From NCBI GenBank assembly GCA_017499595.2, contig CM039004.1:1550001-1614000 (forward strand): 64,000 nt of DNA, in the 5' to 3' direction. The stretch comes from Psilocybe cubensis (Eukaryota). Below the pieces are notes generated by a model. It searched no databases, was not told the DNA's origin, and was given only the letters and a program-made list of their open reading frames with translations. The position numbers and the translations under genes were made by a program. Positions 25,055 through 39,396 of the stretch are shown piece after piece (position 1 is the first letter of the stretch; each line of letters opens with the position of its first letter).

Positions 25055-27179
25055 CTACTTAAAGCGGGTGAGTATATTCCGAAGCGGCACTGGCATACGA
25101 CTTTTCCTGCTGATAGATGTGTTAGAAGTGCTCTCTCGCCTGATCGAATTCTCATCTTTTGTAATGATATTCATGCCAGAAGATATTGTTGCGCGCTTAT
25201 CTCGAGCGGGAAAGATTGGCCCTTTGATGATACGGCTCAAAGAGTGTCTACCTAGTGGATGCATTGACTTGCGTGTCGTCATGTCTGAGGGCAAGGACAT
25301 CGCATCGAAGGAGTCGCTTGCCGACTGTCCGGTAGGAGACTCAAGTCGACGAAGAGAAGTGCCCGAAGCACCATTGATATGTCTAGTTTTTCCTGGAAGG
25401 TTTTTGGTATGGGCATGAGTTTGGCATGAGCCTCTATCACGATTACTTTTCGAACAAACAGGAACAGAAGGAGTGGCTTGATTGGATTGTCTGTGAGAGT
25501 CGCCCCTCGTGAGACCAACAACGTAAGGAACGGTTTGATTTGAGTGCTTTTGCGAGTCTCTCCTCGACAAGTTACCAGTAGAAGGTAGGCGTTTTAGTAC
25601 TCTTTGGTACTGATGTTTTGTGGATGTGGTGGGGGCTGGAACAGTCTCCTGTGGTGTATCGTCCTTAACAGGGGTGGGGGATATTGACCTCTGAAACTCC
25701 TGTTGTGTGAGACGGAAGCGAACGCTCTTAGAGGGCCTTAAGCGCGGATACAAAACAGGTTTTATCATGGCTGACCGTAGTGGTAAAGGCGCTGTATGAG
25801 CCATGATAGGTGCAGACTCCGAAGAAGTGGGCGTTAGATTATCAGTAGACCCCTTTGACTTCTTGTCTACATCCTTTCGACCCGATTCATTGAATTCATG
25901 CCGAATGCTTTGTAAGTTATCCACCGTTTTTCTCGTGATGGTGGAAGAAAGAATATCGCTAGTCATTGTTGAACCGAGCATTGAACGCGACAAGGATACA
26001 TTCTTATGGGTGCTAAGAAATTCATTAGCGAATGACCATTCATCAAGATCCTCTTCTGCAGAATGGTCAGTGCATTCGGCATTCGACCTTGAGTTCCAAG
26101 ACGTGTCGACGGGCGGCGTTTGCAAAGACATCGTGGAACATTGTAGACGGAGGTTGTTGATCATTTGCTCGAATTCTAAGTAAGGTTTATCCTTGCCATT
26201 CTCAAACTTTGGATGATGCCTCGAAGGAGACCCCAAAAATGCAGTCGGGATTCCAGGATATAATATTTCCTGCGCAGACTTGCTTTTTGGCAATAATAAT
26301 CTTGGAGGATCCTTTTTTCCTCTGCGAATGGCAAGAGAATTCAATCCAGAGCGAGAGATACCGATTGAAGATTCCTGGTGTAATGGCAAAGTAATGTCCG
26401 AGGCTGACACAACCAGAGATGGTACCGAGATATCATCGCAGACATTCTGTGAATCCTGGAAATACGATCTCATGCCTTTCAGTTCGCGCATCATATCCAA
26501 TAAATCCGAATCCACAGGTTCTTTCGCTGACGGCTGACGCGTCGGTGGAACGACGCACATCAATTCATCCAAAGAGTTTTCTGAGTGAATTTGAGAATAG
26601 CAACGCGACCGCCGGAATTGAGATAACGCCGCAGAAAGATAATCAGGGGGAAATATTGCGCCTTCAGGGACCCAATATATCTCTGCAATATCTTCGATGC
26701 TTTCCCAAGGAATATGACCAGGAGGTTGCCATCCCACAGAGGTTTCCTTCTCAAAAATCAACAAAGGAGTGATAAAAAACAAAGATGAAGTTTCTTACAA
26801 CCCACTTCGAAATGCTTAAACACTCCTTAAGCAGCTTCTTAAGCCTGGGAGAGGTGGGCGCAGATATGAGAACGTTTTTTGCGCTCAATGATTGCCCAGA
26901 CTCGTCCTCGGAACGTCCAGCTCCGCCAGATGAAAACATTTTTAGATGATCCCCTAGCTCAATCATCTCAAAACTCGGTAATTTGCCAACATTTATAAAG
27001 GGAGGAGCCGCCGACGAGCTACTTGAAGCACTGGAAAGCGAGCTGAAAGTGAACGATTCTGACATCAATGAATGAACGAAAGGAGTGTTGACCAGGAGCC
27101 CAAGGTCCAAGGAGCCAGCAGAACGACTCGTACGCATGACAGCATGTGGTATACTGTGATGAGCTAACAATACCTCCAT
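25055..27179 (-). CDS. Hypothetical protein (about 700 aa, largely S/T/R-rich); 2 exons
   Basis: The 171-aa and 575-aa ORFs join through a GTAAGA...GAGAAG intron (about 26747-26798), giving ...ISKWV|ETSVGWQPPGHIPW...; probable ATG at 27179 (MEVLLAHH). No family recognised. Confidence 0.7.
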
Positions 27180-28250
27180 GATGGTAGCCGTAGGAAAGAG
27201 AAAAACAGAGAGAAAGCTTTCGTGCAAGAGGCTGACAGGTGGTTGAGCTACAATAGTGTTCAGCAATTATAAAGAAGCCCAGCATGATATATGTCAATAT
27301 GTTTGCCGCCGCTGTAAGGTAGATTCCTCTGATATAGCTTTCCTGGTAGATAGTAAGAAGTGTTGAAGAAGTGCCATCCACGGGGATTCGCATGATGTGG
27401 CATGACATTGTTACAACAAGAAGCATATTGAAACTTCGCCAGTGTACATGCAGGACAAGTAATCCAATATTGCCACGAAGGTTAATATATAATGGTCCAC
27501 TTTGTTTACAGAGCCACACCAATGGCCAACAACGATGTGTCGTCCGTCGACTAGGTCAAATCATTTGAGCAGGGAAGGAATGCTGTGCCAAGATGGAAGA
27601 AAAAAGCGCGTGCTCAGCATTCAGAAGCTCACGCTCTGTGATTTCGGGTACGTACGAAGTTATCTTGCCAACTACCCTTTGTTCAATGTTGCTTATCTCT
27701 CTCCACCCTATCACATCGTCGCTGCCTGTGAGGTCTATTCATGGGCCTGAGCTCACTCCCTTTGGCAACTTCTACGGGGTATGCTGATCATGGCTAACTG
27801 GACAGCTCACAACGATCCAATCTGCGTCTACCTATTATCCATAGAAGTATTCACTCTTTTATAAAGTCACAGAAACAAAGCGTCGCTAGCTGCTAGGCAG
27901 GGTCACATGGAGAATGTAAGCGAGCTTATACACGGGTTGTACTTGTGGGCTACTTCCACCATGTTGATGTTGACGGCTCTGCAAATATGTATTCTGAATT
28001 GGCCGCATTATGGTTCACAGCAGCTCCTTCACCAATAAGGATTGCGAGCCTTATGATCATCGCTATCGCGTGCCTTTCTTTGCGTTTGACTCAGTTGTCC
28101 ATGATAGATTTTATGCTTGGCTTCAGTAACCAAATGGCAGCAAATCTTCCAAACTCAACCACAGCATGGTTGCTCATGGTTGCTTGCTGCTTTCGTTATC
28201 TCGGCAGTTTTCGTGCAATATGACTCTCATTATCATATCTTCCCCGTCTC

Positions 28251-28258
28251 TATATAAA
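28251..28258 (+). promoter_or_regulatory. Putative TATA box of the aminopeptidase gene
   Basis: TATATAAA about 60 nt upstream of the ATG at 28314. Confidence 0.55.
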
Positions 28259-28313
28259 CCTCCCCAGCTGGTTGTACAAACGTTGGCGCTAATCCACTGA
28301 GTGGCCTTTAAAG

Positions 28314-29751
28314 ATGCATTTCCCCGTCGCGCTGTCTCTGCTGCTATCTGCCTTGCCCTTGGTCGCGAATGCGGGCCCCATCCAAACTGCCGAAATAAAG
28401 AGCAATGTGGCCAAAGGATTACGCCTTTTGTCTCTGGCAGAAGGTGCTGAGCCTGTCTGGAAGACGGAAGATGAAGTGTTTGGTCTTCTCCGGGCTGGTG
28501 TTAAATTCGTATGTTCTTAGTAGAAGCTCGGTGATGGATTATTCTGGGTTGACGATGTCCATCAATAGTTCGATGTCACTGAAGTTTACGAAGAGGAGCA
28601 GAAGCTTTCTTCTAGCAGGGTGGCAGCCAAAGCAGCTGCGTTGGCGACATGTAAGCCTCCAGTCTGTATATTGATTAATTTTGCTCACACGAGGGTATAG
28701 TCCCAACTTCGGTGTCGTATAAGTCCGTGTTGACACCTATCCTTGCGACGGTATCCACTTCCAACATGCAGTCGAAACTCAGCACTCTGTCCTCGTTCAA
28801 TAATCGATACTACAAAGCCTCTACTGGTGCATCTGCAAGCACCTGGATTAAGGACACAATTGCTGACGTGAGTCTTTTTCGGCGCTTCCGCCGTCACTCT
28901 CGATAATGATATCGTACTTTCACAGTATATCTCAACGTACAAGCGGAGTGATGTCACCGTCAGCCTTTACGCGCACAGCTATGTTCAATCTTCCATCATC
29001 GCCAAAATTCCTGGTACCAATAAGGCTGGACCAGTCACAATTCTTGGTGCTCACATGGACTCCATCAATTTGAGCAATCCCACTAGTGGGCGTGCACCTG
29101 GTGCTGATGATGACGGCACAGGAACTGTCAATCTCATCGAGGCCTTCAGAGTTTTGCTTGCGGCTGGATTCAAGCCAACAAATCCTGTTGAATTTCATTG
29201 GTATGCTGCCGAGGAAGTTGGTCTCCTCGGCTCACAGGCGATTGCAACCAATTATAAGAGCTCTGGGGTCAATGTCAGGGCATTCATGCAACTGGACATG
29301 TCAGGCTAGTATGTCGTGTTTCGCAGATAAATGTTGTACTTTTTCTAATTTGTTTAATTCCACGCGAAGCTTCAAACCCGGTACTACCGAAGTCATGGCC
29401 CTCCAAGCGGATTACATTGACGCCAACTTGAACACGTTCCTCAAAGCGCTTATTACTGCTTACTCCAGAATTCCTTGGGCCATGGATAAACCTGTACGCC
29501 GAATATTCCCATTATTTTGCCTTCATTTTATAATCTGTCGTATCCCACAGTGCGGATATGCATGCTCCGACCATGCCAGCTGGTATAAAGCAGGATTCCC
29601 TTCGGCTTTCCCTTACGAAGCAGTGACCGGTAACGACAACCCTAATATCCACAAGGCAGCAGATACCACCAGCGTATCTGGCTTCTCATGGGCGCACTCA
29701 CTGGAGTTCGCTAAAATCGCTGTTGCCTTTGCTTATGAGCTTGCTATCTAA
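28314..29751 (+). CDS. Secreted leucine aminopeptidase, peptidase family M28 (LAP1-like)
   Basis: Signal peptide MHFPVALSLLLSALPLVANA; zinc-ligand motifs GAHMDS, APGADDDGTG, HWYAAEEVGLLGS, QLDM, CGYACSDHASW, NPNIH. Confidence 0.93.
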
Positions 29752-30571
29752 TGAGGGTTTCTAATGAGGGTTGTCGGAATGTAGCAGAGCCGATTAATAC
29801 AAATTTCTCAGCCTTGACTACCACGACTTTAAGATTATACCGCCTGATTAGTATGCATTTGACATAGATCTGTGACAGGTCCTGATATATATGAGGCCGA
29901 CATCCTCGATACCAGGAATGCAATCCTCCCATCCTCGTATAGGGATTGGTCACTATTGATCAGTCCTACTTTGACTATCCCTGTGTTAAAAATTTTTCTG
30001 CGCTATTGAAGGCTATCGATCATTGTAATTGAAGCAGGGATGGTGGCTATGCAGTTTATCTCACGTGTTAATTCTAGTTTCCCACAGTCACTGTCGGTAG
30101 ATACTCAAATTTTATTTCTTGACCGGGCTCTCCATCCCGACTCACTTTATACGTTTCCAGCACAGATATATTCAAGCCTGATTTATACCCTTGATACTAT
30201 ATGTGAGTTACTTTCTACGATCACGGTTCTGGACGATGAATTAGTATCGACATTTGCACGTCAGTCAGAGTATCTGTTCTTCTGGGCTGATACAACAGAC
30301 GATATCTTGCTTGACTGACCCATCTTTCTGTCATGTGTATTTGTCTTGACTTGCGCTGACTTGAAAACTACCTAGATTTGGCTTTGCAGCCACACACCAA
30401 CAGTTTACGTAGCCCAAGTTTTAGTTATAGTGAGTCTAGAATATTGTGTGACAGGGAGAAGAAACGTTAGAAATCATGTACCCTACTGTACCTCGTCATC
30501 TCTTTAGCTAATAACCCTTTCTTTACGCCAAACCACGTCTGCAACTTCCCCAGTTGACTTCCTTCTGAATC

Positions 30572-33513
30572 ATGTCGACCTCAGGTCAGAATCCATCCGG
30601 AGCTCGAGGTTCATCGGGTCCTTCGACTTCAGGAAATGGCACCCAGGCAAAATCTGGCGCATTGGTACCCACAAATAATGTTACAACCGGTGATGGCATG
30701 ACTGTTCGAACTCGTATCGATCCAACCCTTACAGTGGACGATGTCATGAAACAACTCTGTATTAACTTGAAGATCAAGGAACCATACCAAAACTTCGCAT
30801 TAAGGGATGATATGGATGAATTGGTGACAAATGATAACCTGAGAAAGAAGATCAAGAACAAAGTCAATCTGAAGTGAGTATATTTTACTGTACTTTCAAA
30901 GTTATGAATTGAGCATTTGTCACAGACTCGTTAACGCGCCTGCAAGAGAGGCAAGAGAAACAGCGGAGAAGCTTTCTAACAAGAACGACAAAACCCTCAG
31001 GCTAACATTGTTTTCGTTGCAAAAGTTCATTCGTGTGAGTACTTGGGGGCTTCTAAGGGACCCCTGACTAAATATCTTTGCAGGAAGAAGCCTTCGCCCG
31101 TGAATTTTTGGACCATAATGGCCTAAGAGAGCTAGTCGATGTCATATTCACCACCACAGGAAATACGCTTGCAGTACGTAACAGAGAGTTGATGTTTCAT
31201 TTTGTACTTACTTGATTCCAGTACGCACTCACAGCAATGCAAAACCTAATGGATTTAGAATACGGTTGGGCAAACCTTTCCGATAAATTCATATTAAGAG
31301 TTGTGGAAATTCTGTCGTCTCCGCAGTCTTTGATAAATGTATGTAGGCCAGCGACTGCTATTTTGAAGAAGTTGGTGGAAGCCGATCCTAGCAACGTTCC
31401 TGGAACACAACAAGCAGGATCAAGTCGAGGTCCACCAGTGCCTCAACCCGGTTCTGTTTATCGATATGGATTTCAGGTGGTCTTCGAACAAATGCGAAAG
31501 GAACGCGGCCTGCTTGAGACTGTTGTTAACCGCTTGGGGAGTGCGGATATGGCTATGGCTCAATATAGGTTTTTTGTTTTTTGCTTTGGAAAGATGCATA
31601 CATTTCTCATCACTGGTGTATTAGTATGATGCTTATTAATTCGCTTGTCGCTCATGCGAGCGATGCGAGATGGGAAGAATTTATAAAAGAATTGGAGAGG
31701 CTTAATGTTCGGAAGGCTGTTGTGGTGCGTCTTGCGCTAACTCTACTGGTCCACTGTCCTGATGTTATTTCAAGCGTCTGATGTCTTTACACACCGTCGA
31801 AGACTTAACGTCATGTATATTGGACTTCCAAGCCAATATCGTCCGAGTTACTTACCGCAAGAAAACGACACCCGTTGATCCTGATGATGATGAAGTCTCC
31901 GCAGAAGACCTGGACATTATTTGGACCAGCAGTAAACTTGAAGAAGAAGTGGATCAATATGGTCAAATTTTGAAGTGGAGAAAGCTTGGATTTGAAACAG
32001 AAGACATATCACAAGAATTCAGTGAAGTCGGTCAACTGGGACTGTACTGCTTGGTGTGTATGAAATTTTGAGGATCACTCTTCAAGTATTCAATTTGATT
32101 ATCAGAGAAAATTCGTAGAAAGTGATCCAGATTTCTCAAAGGTGTGCTGGGTTCCATTTATCATCACGATCATATCAATGACACGAGGGAATGTACAGAT
32201 TGTCCTTGAACAGCTGAGTCGACCTGAGAGTCGGAGATGTCCGATTGGGAAGGCTTCAAATGAAGTTGTTGAGTTACTTTCTGAACATTGGGCGATATTT
32301 GCCCCTGGTTGTAGGTTTCTTCCCCGTGTCTATACTCTTATTTTTCAATGGTATTGTCATAGATTCTACATCGACAACATTCCAACCATTCTTCCTGGAC
32401 TTTCCAAAGGTTCATGCATTGGCCACTCATTTCTTTATTCGTATGTGGAGTGAAAGTGGCGCTGCAGCAGACGATTTTACACGTGTGGCAGCATTGGTTC
32501 GCAGCCAGTATGTCCTTTTTGCGGTTTTATGCATAAGTTTACCATGGATCTGTCTGGTTCTGATATACTTTTTTGTTCATAGGGTCAAAGTAGCTCTTCG
32601 AAGAGAGAATGTGCGCCCTTGGCATGAAGTCGAACACGATTTCATGGAGTGTGAATATCGAGCGGTCAGAGACCGTCAGATGAAGGAATTAGAACTTGAA
32701 GATGACCTTTTGAGCAAGATACCGGTTCGGTATGTTGTAACATTCCTACAATACTTGCATTCTTACAGTCGGACAGAAATCTGCGCGCCAAACTCTACAA
32801 GGAATCCTTTGAATTTGTTAGGCAACAGAGAATACAATGCTTACTGCAAGGCGCGTGGTTTATCAATGCTCTCCCTGCATCATCACCGCGCGAAGGAGTT
32901 CGAAGACCTGGACGACCATGGCGCTTCATGAGATTGGTAAACGAGCATTTTTTTTGGGAGGCAGTGTACTAACCGTTACACAGGACAGTGGTCTCAAATA
33001 TTTGCATTACGTCGACAGTGCGGTCAAGTTTCCAGTCCGAAATGGTCTCGAAGATTTACCGGAGAGGATCGACATGTCCATGATCAGTGAAATCGCCACA
33101 GGGACGTGTGCTCCACCTCCCAATGTCTTGCGGGATCAAAATGATCTACCTCCCACTTCTGCTCTTGTTCCATCTCCTCTATCCTTTTCGTTACTAAGTG
33201 CGCACGAGGGTTCTTTAGCAGATCAAATAGCTCCAGATCAGTCACGTTGGGCAGATTGGACCGATGGTTTGAACATGTTGAGGAGAGACGGGGGCCATGT
33301 ATCGTCCAAAGAGACGGCAGGATTTGTTCAAGCTCTGACGGAGATCGGACTGAAAATCAAACTTCTTGGTTAGTATCTTCTATATGGCAACGACTGTAAG
33401 ATTAACATCTCTTTGTCACAGATCTATCAGGAGAGATGGTGGAAATTCCGAGCGGTCTTGTGGCTGGTCCACCGCCAATGAATAACGATTTCTTCTTTTC
33501 CGAGCTGATGTAA
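30572..33513 (+). CDS. ELMO/CED-12 domain protein with C-terminal PH-like region
   Basis: WRKLGFETED, GQLGLYCL, CPIGKASNEVVELL, FFIRMWSESGAAADDF, FVRQQRIQCLLQGAWF, WADWTDGLNML, LKIKLLDL match the fungal ELMO architecture; TAA 33511-33513. Confidence 0.85.
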
Positions 33514-33870
33514 TTTATAAGTTACCTTATTCCAGACCATTCAGCAGGGCTGGTCCAAGCCAAATTGTTTTAAATGTATGATTCCGATGTGTAACTAATG
33601 CCAGATGACGCGTGGGATATCTAAATGATGAATGCAGTTGATGCAGAATGTATGAAAAAAGTCATGATGAGATGCAATGTGAATACAAGAAGAAATGGAG
33701 AACGAAAGTGATGAAGAAGACGATGAAGTTGGAAGAGTTGTACCCATGGCCATGGCTACGGACAGATCAACGGGGGTTGAACCCGAGACTGAGAAACGAG
33801 GAAAAGAGAAGAGAGGGTTAGAAGCAAAGATGAGCGGTGATGGTGATTACAGATGGTGGCTGCAAAGATT

Positions 33871-36079
33871 TTAGTGGCCATTGACGGCAGTGGATTTAGA
33901 CTTTTGTGCGAGGTATTCAGCGCCGGCCTTATAGAAGGGCCTGAAGATGGCGTCTGGGTCATGGAAGTCATTATGGACAACGTTAACTAAGAACGATGTT
34001 TCCATGAAATCCGCGATGAGTTTGTTGGAGGGAGAGTCGTGTTCGTACAGCTTAGCCCATTGGGCACCAAGCTCAAAGGCCTCGTCCTTTTTATGTAATA
34101 TTAGCATGTAGGAAGTTGAAGATTTTCAAAAAGAGCAACGAACCTTCCAGGCCATGAAACTCACTGCCTCCACAATGGTAGGTTGAATGATTTCCTTGCC
34201 AGGAAACACTCCCCAAGTGACGGCATTTGGCCCGTCTGAGTGATTGTTTGTGCGCAGATCGCCTCGTTTATTAATGACATAATACGTAATATTCTTATCA
34301 CGTTCGATCTGTGTTAGAAGCAGAGAAAGAAGGGTAGGGTTGACGAAGAACTCGAGATACGCCTAAAAGCAAAACCAGCTCCCAAAGGTGAGAACATATC
34401 CACTGAAGAAAGAGGACAAAAACTTGCCTTTTGGTAAACATAGCCATTGCTGGGGCCCCACCCAAACACTTTGTCGTCGCTCCGTGCACCATTGACAGCT
34501 GGTTGCGAGTTGATGGTCAAGAATCCGAGTTCATTGATTTGGGCCAGTTGCTTCGAGATGACCGAAGTTTCGATTGAAGCCTGTTGGTCTGACCAAGGTA
34601 AGGCCTTCAATTCAGAGGAACAGAACTTGGTGAACAACGCTGAGAGATCGGCAAACGTGATCGGATGGCCCCATAGTTTGAGTGCATCTTCTTTCTATAA
34701 ACAGAACACAAGATATTAATTAACAAGGCTAAAGGGGGGTAGAGTAAAGGCATTTACTGTCTGCTTGATCCAGACACCGTAGCCGTCAAGTTCACCATAT
34801 GCAGGACTGCGGGAGTCACCAAAACGGCCATTAGGGTACTCGTCCCAGTTCTCTGTTCTTGAGATGTAGGATTTGGTCCTGTTCGCCCAGAAGATGGGAC
34901 GGATAGTCTCATGGCGCCGATTAGGTGTAAGAGACTATCATAAAAATTAAAATCATTTTGAAATGCTTTGAGGGGATGATGCTTACTTGTCTCCAGGGTA
35001 AGGGTTTAATGGTTTCGATTCTGGGTACCAAGTTTAATTCCTCAAGCAACATTTTCGTACCCTTCTCCAAGTTCATGGTGTAGAAATGAAGGCCACGAAT
35101 CCCGATATCGGCATCCAATATTTTGCGACACATATCAGCAACAAGACGTGTACCGACCTCTCGAACCTTCTCATCGTCATTCTTGACCGGTTCTAGTGCG
35201 TCAAGGAATAACTTGGGAATAGTGATTTTGGCCAGACTTGTAGCACGTTGGAAGCCGTTCCAGGTTTGTATAGGAGCGATACCTGGGACCACTGGAATAG
35301 TAATGCCAGCAGCACGAATGGCCTTCACCCAGTTGATGAAAAGGTCGACGTCGTAAAACATCTGAGTGAAGATAAAGCTAACTCCAGCATCGATCTTTTG
35401 CTTCAGGTAGTATATCTCTTTGTCGAGCTCTTCTTTGGGGAGTGTCATATGTTCTGGGAAACCGGCGACAGCAATATCGAAGTAGTCGCCATAGTCTCGT
35501 CTGATATGTTTTACGAGATCAATGCCATGAACGAAACCACCATCAACAGCTTCCCATTCCTCCTTGCCCATTGGGGGATCGCCTCGAAGAGCCAAAACAT
35601 TCCTGCAGCCACTTTGTTTTGCTTCCTAAAATATTGTATGAAGTTCAAGGTGTCGATGCAATTCTAACTGATGATGATAGACATACCCGCAATGCAATGT
35701 CGACCTTTTCCTTAGGCATATTGGTGCACGTAAGATGCATACAAGTCTCAATACCAATTAGGCCCTGACATGTTTTTACCATCTCGGCGGTGAGATCAGA
35801 GGTTCTTCCTCCAGCATTCCTGAATAATATGTATGAGACTTGAAGATTAGACAACTGTTTGAACACACCATGTAATGTCAATAAACTCGGGCCCAAGTGC
35901 TCGCATGCGCTCTATGCGATCCAGAAGGTTTTGCAGACCCTGGCGACATATCATAAAACCAACTGTAGATAAAGGATTGGAAGACGACAGACCTGGGCAG
36001 TCCGTGGTGGAAAGTATTCGAATGACCACCATATTTTGTTGTCCTTGGTGGACTGTTCGATCTTTTGCGTGATTTTCAT
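33871..36079 (-). CDS. MET13: Methylenetetrahydrofolate reductase
   Basis: [124 protein letters not shown]13 versus MET12 orthology is not certain. Confidence 0.93.
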
Positions 36080-36652
36080 AGGCGGTTCGTTAGATGTCGT
36101 TCAGATACAAGGGAATAGTGAAGAACAAAAAGAGGGTATGATAGCAGAGAAGAGAATAAAGAGGGGGAGAACGAGAATCAGTAAGGCAAATATAAAGATC
36201 GAACCATCAGAGATTCCATATTTAATCCACGTTTCTAAAAGCCCCTGGAAAAAATCGGGGCCCATGGCTTTGCCGAATTTGTCTCTCCGAACGGTGAACT
36301 CTCATTAGGCCGATAAAGTGCGACCTTTACGTTCAGAAATCAGCAACGAGCTCGCAATGAGCGCGAACCTCGACTTGATGCAAGTGTTGACACGTAATTG
36401 ATATTACTTGGGGCAATCTTGCCAACATTAATTTACAGACACATGGTAGTTATCTACACAAGTTACTATTACACTTTCTCTACATTGGCAAACTTATATA
36501 TAGCTTTGCAGGTGAAAGGCAGGACGGCATCAGCACAAGACTCCAAATATCCGTCATATTCGCAAGAGATGACTGACGCGGGAGGATTGAGCTCTGGACA
36601 ATCGACTTAGTGCGAAAAGTGAAAAATAGCCTGAGCGATATACCAATCATAT

Positions 36653-37071
36653 TCATTGATCTTGAACAACAAGCACGATGCAAGTTCCAAATACAACCCC
36701 AGCTACGACGCTCATCAGGATTAGATGAGGCCTGCCATTGAATGCGGTTTAGAATAGGGGCGTTCATAAAAATGGGAAACGTACTTTGTTGCTGCCAGGA
36801 AAGCCCTCGTTTGTCGCAGATCAGCATAACCACTGTAATACTCCCAGATTCCTGCGACTATTGCAAGCATTGCAGCCGCAAACTCGACGGACGCCAGAGG
36901 AACTCCACCCTTTGATTCGTGTTCTACAGGGACAAGGCGGACATGAAGAAGAAAAGACGAGGACATGAGAGACAACAGGAGGGCCAGTTTGAAGTGCGAC
37001 AATATGTTGCGCTCGAGCATACAGAAATCCCTGGCTGTACTCCCAGTGTTGGGCACCATGTTGGACCCCAT
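36653..37071 (-). CDS. Small membrane protein, DUF202/YidH-like
   Basis: NTGSTARDFCMLERNILS followed by three hydrophobic segments; one intron before ...KPHLILMSVVAGVVFGTCIVLVVQDQ*; the true start may be further upstream. Confidence 0.7.
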
Positions 37072-37291
37072 CCTCGATGTTGCGGGGAGACCGACATCGG
37101 ATCGGCAACCGACATTTCAGCATCAGGTCATGCGGATCACGTGCATAGAACGCGTTCCTGTGCTTGTACATATTTGGTGTAAGTTCGAGTACGCCTTGTC
37201 CGCATTGGGACATAGCCGTCCTCGAACCTTCATCTTGTGCATGCAAGTGCCCTAGGCACCCTCTCCTCTCCTTTCAACCACACTCTTTACA

Positions 37292-39396
37292 ATGGGGCTC
37301 CTCAAGCGTCTTTTTTCTATGGGCAGCAAGAAACACAAGAAGCAGCGTCCGCCTGTTGATCACGACGTTCCTCTCCCTGAACAACCTTGGACAGAAGTGC
37401 GTCCCGTCCAACCCGCTGAGGACGAAGAACATGAAGCGGCTGTGAGCCGCCTTTTGAGATCCAGTTCAGCTCGATACGTTGCAAGCTCTGAGCTTGATTT
37501 TGCAACTTTGCCGCCACTGCGTGAGTTCCCTGTCTCCCCCGCGTGCCGCAACAACTATAACTGAAAGCAATGTATAGCCCATCCCATAAACAGGGTTATA
37601 CATACCCCAGCTTCTTCAACTATTAGTCTGGGGAGTGCCAGCGTCTCACAGCGGGGCACCTATAATGTCACCGTTCATGGACGGACGAGGCATCCTTCCA
37701 CGGATTTCGGTAACGCTCGCCATGAGCCTGATGAGGATAAAGCAGCAAGGAAAAAGGATAATAGAACCTCTTTACATCCGGTAGATGATAGTCGAGTGCT
37801 CAGATTGCGTTCGGATCCTTCTGTCGCCAGTCTGATTGATTTGTACGACGACCACGGCAAGCTCGCTGCAGATGCATTTTCCAACAGTCCGCCAAGCACG
37901 CCTAAAAACAAGCGTCTTGAAGATGGACGTGCGCAGGTGCGACGAAATGGCTCTACTCTACGACAATTATTAGGCGCATCTTCCAGTGCCAATTCAAGAG
38001 AGGGAAGCGATAACAGCAGTGTTGAAGGAGATATCTCCTGGGCAGAGCGTTTCTTAGCGTTAGTGCTTCTTCATACTTCAATAAAATATTGTACTGAACT
38101 CTTTGCAGGGAAACTGAGGCAGCTTCATCTCGGTCCTCTTTGATTCTGCAGACACCAATCGCGCCTTCAAACACACAGCTCCCCGAACCTGAAATTTCAT
38201 TTGTGACTGATGCCAGCGTGGTGAATACCACTTTCGACAACCCAGCTATATCTTCAATGGAAGTAGAACTGAGTTTGAGTGCAGATCATTCTCAAGGCTT
38301 CGATGATTTGGACGGCACCAACCAAAAAAATTACCCTTACAGCAACAGTAACCCCAGCACTCCTCAAAGGGCTTCCCAGGTGTTCGGTTTCTTAACAAAA
38401 GGGAAGCAATCCAAACCGGCGGAGGACTTGGATCGTTCTCTACCAGAAGTTCCGAGTTGCTTTAGCACACCTTCAGACGAGAATCCACCGCGCGAAAATC
38501 ATATCTCGAACCCTAATCTTCCTCGATTCCAAATCAACCCTCCGAAACTTTCAGCGATGCCATATGCTATCGAAGACACCCCTAGGAACACTCGTCCTCA
38601 GTCTTTAATTGAGGAAAGCCCTTCCTCACGAGAGCCCCGTTCTGCTTTTTCTGACGACAGTCACGACTATCGCACTGCTCCACGGAATTCATTTTACGTC
38701 CCCAATAGCGTTGCAACTCCCATAGCCCTTCCCAATGACAACTTTGATGACAAGAAGAATACTGTCAAGGTCATTATGAACGGCCCCACGAAGGTTATCG
38801 TTACAGCACCCACGCCATCTACGAATCAAACTGGCCCTCCAAGATTACTTCGAGGCCCACGAGCTCCCCCGCGCAAAATGTCAAATGGTGGAGTTACCCG
38901 TAGGCGATCTGCATTGGGTGAAGTATCTAATTCACCTCCAACCGCCGATCCTTTCATGGTTCCCCCTTCTCCTCGAAAGAGATCTCAGTCCCATCGAAGA
39001 AGTAATTCACAATCATCCTCACGTTCTTCTTGTAGCTGTGAGGCTGGTCCCGAATATGTGTCTCGACCAAAGAAGCTCGAGAGGGTTTCATCCGGTAGCC
39101 GAAAGGAAAACCAATTGAGCCTAGCTGTCAAGGCCGAGCTTCCTTCCACCCCTCTGCGATCCAACAGCTCAACCTCACGTTCTCTACTTCGGACGGTTGT
39201 ACAACAGGCAATGTTCCGACCTCCCCTCGACGGACACGGTGTAACTGTCCCATCTCCTGCCTCTTCGTCTGAGATGTCTCCCTATGGGCGTCAAATGATG
39301 TCAGATGTCAGGCAGCAGAGGATGAGGGCCAGAGAAGCCGACCGTTTGAAACACGGTTCACGATATGCAGCCGAAAGAGACGCTCAAAGGATATGA
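37292..39396 (+). CDS. Hypothetical S/P/R-rich protein; 3 exons
   Basis: MGLLKRLFSMGSKKHKK...; conserved-looking blocks LLRSSSARY, LRLRSDPSVASLIDLYD, EGDISWAERFL, VKVIMNGPTKVIVTAPTP; 418-aa terminal ORF. Confidence 0.75.
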
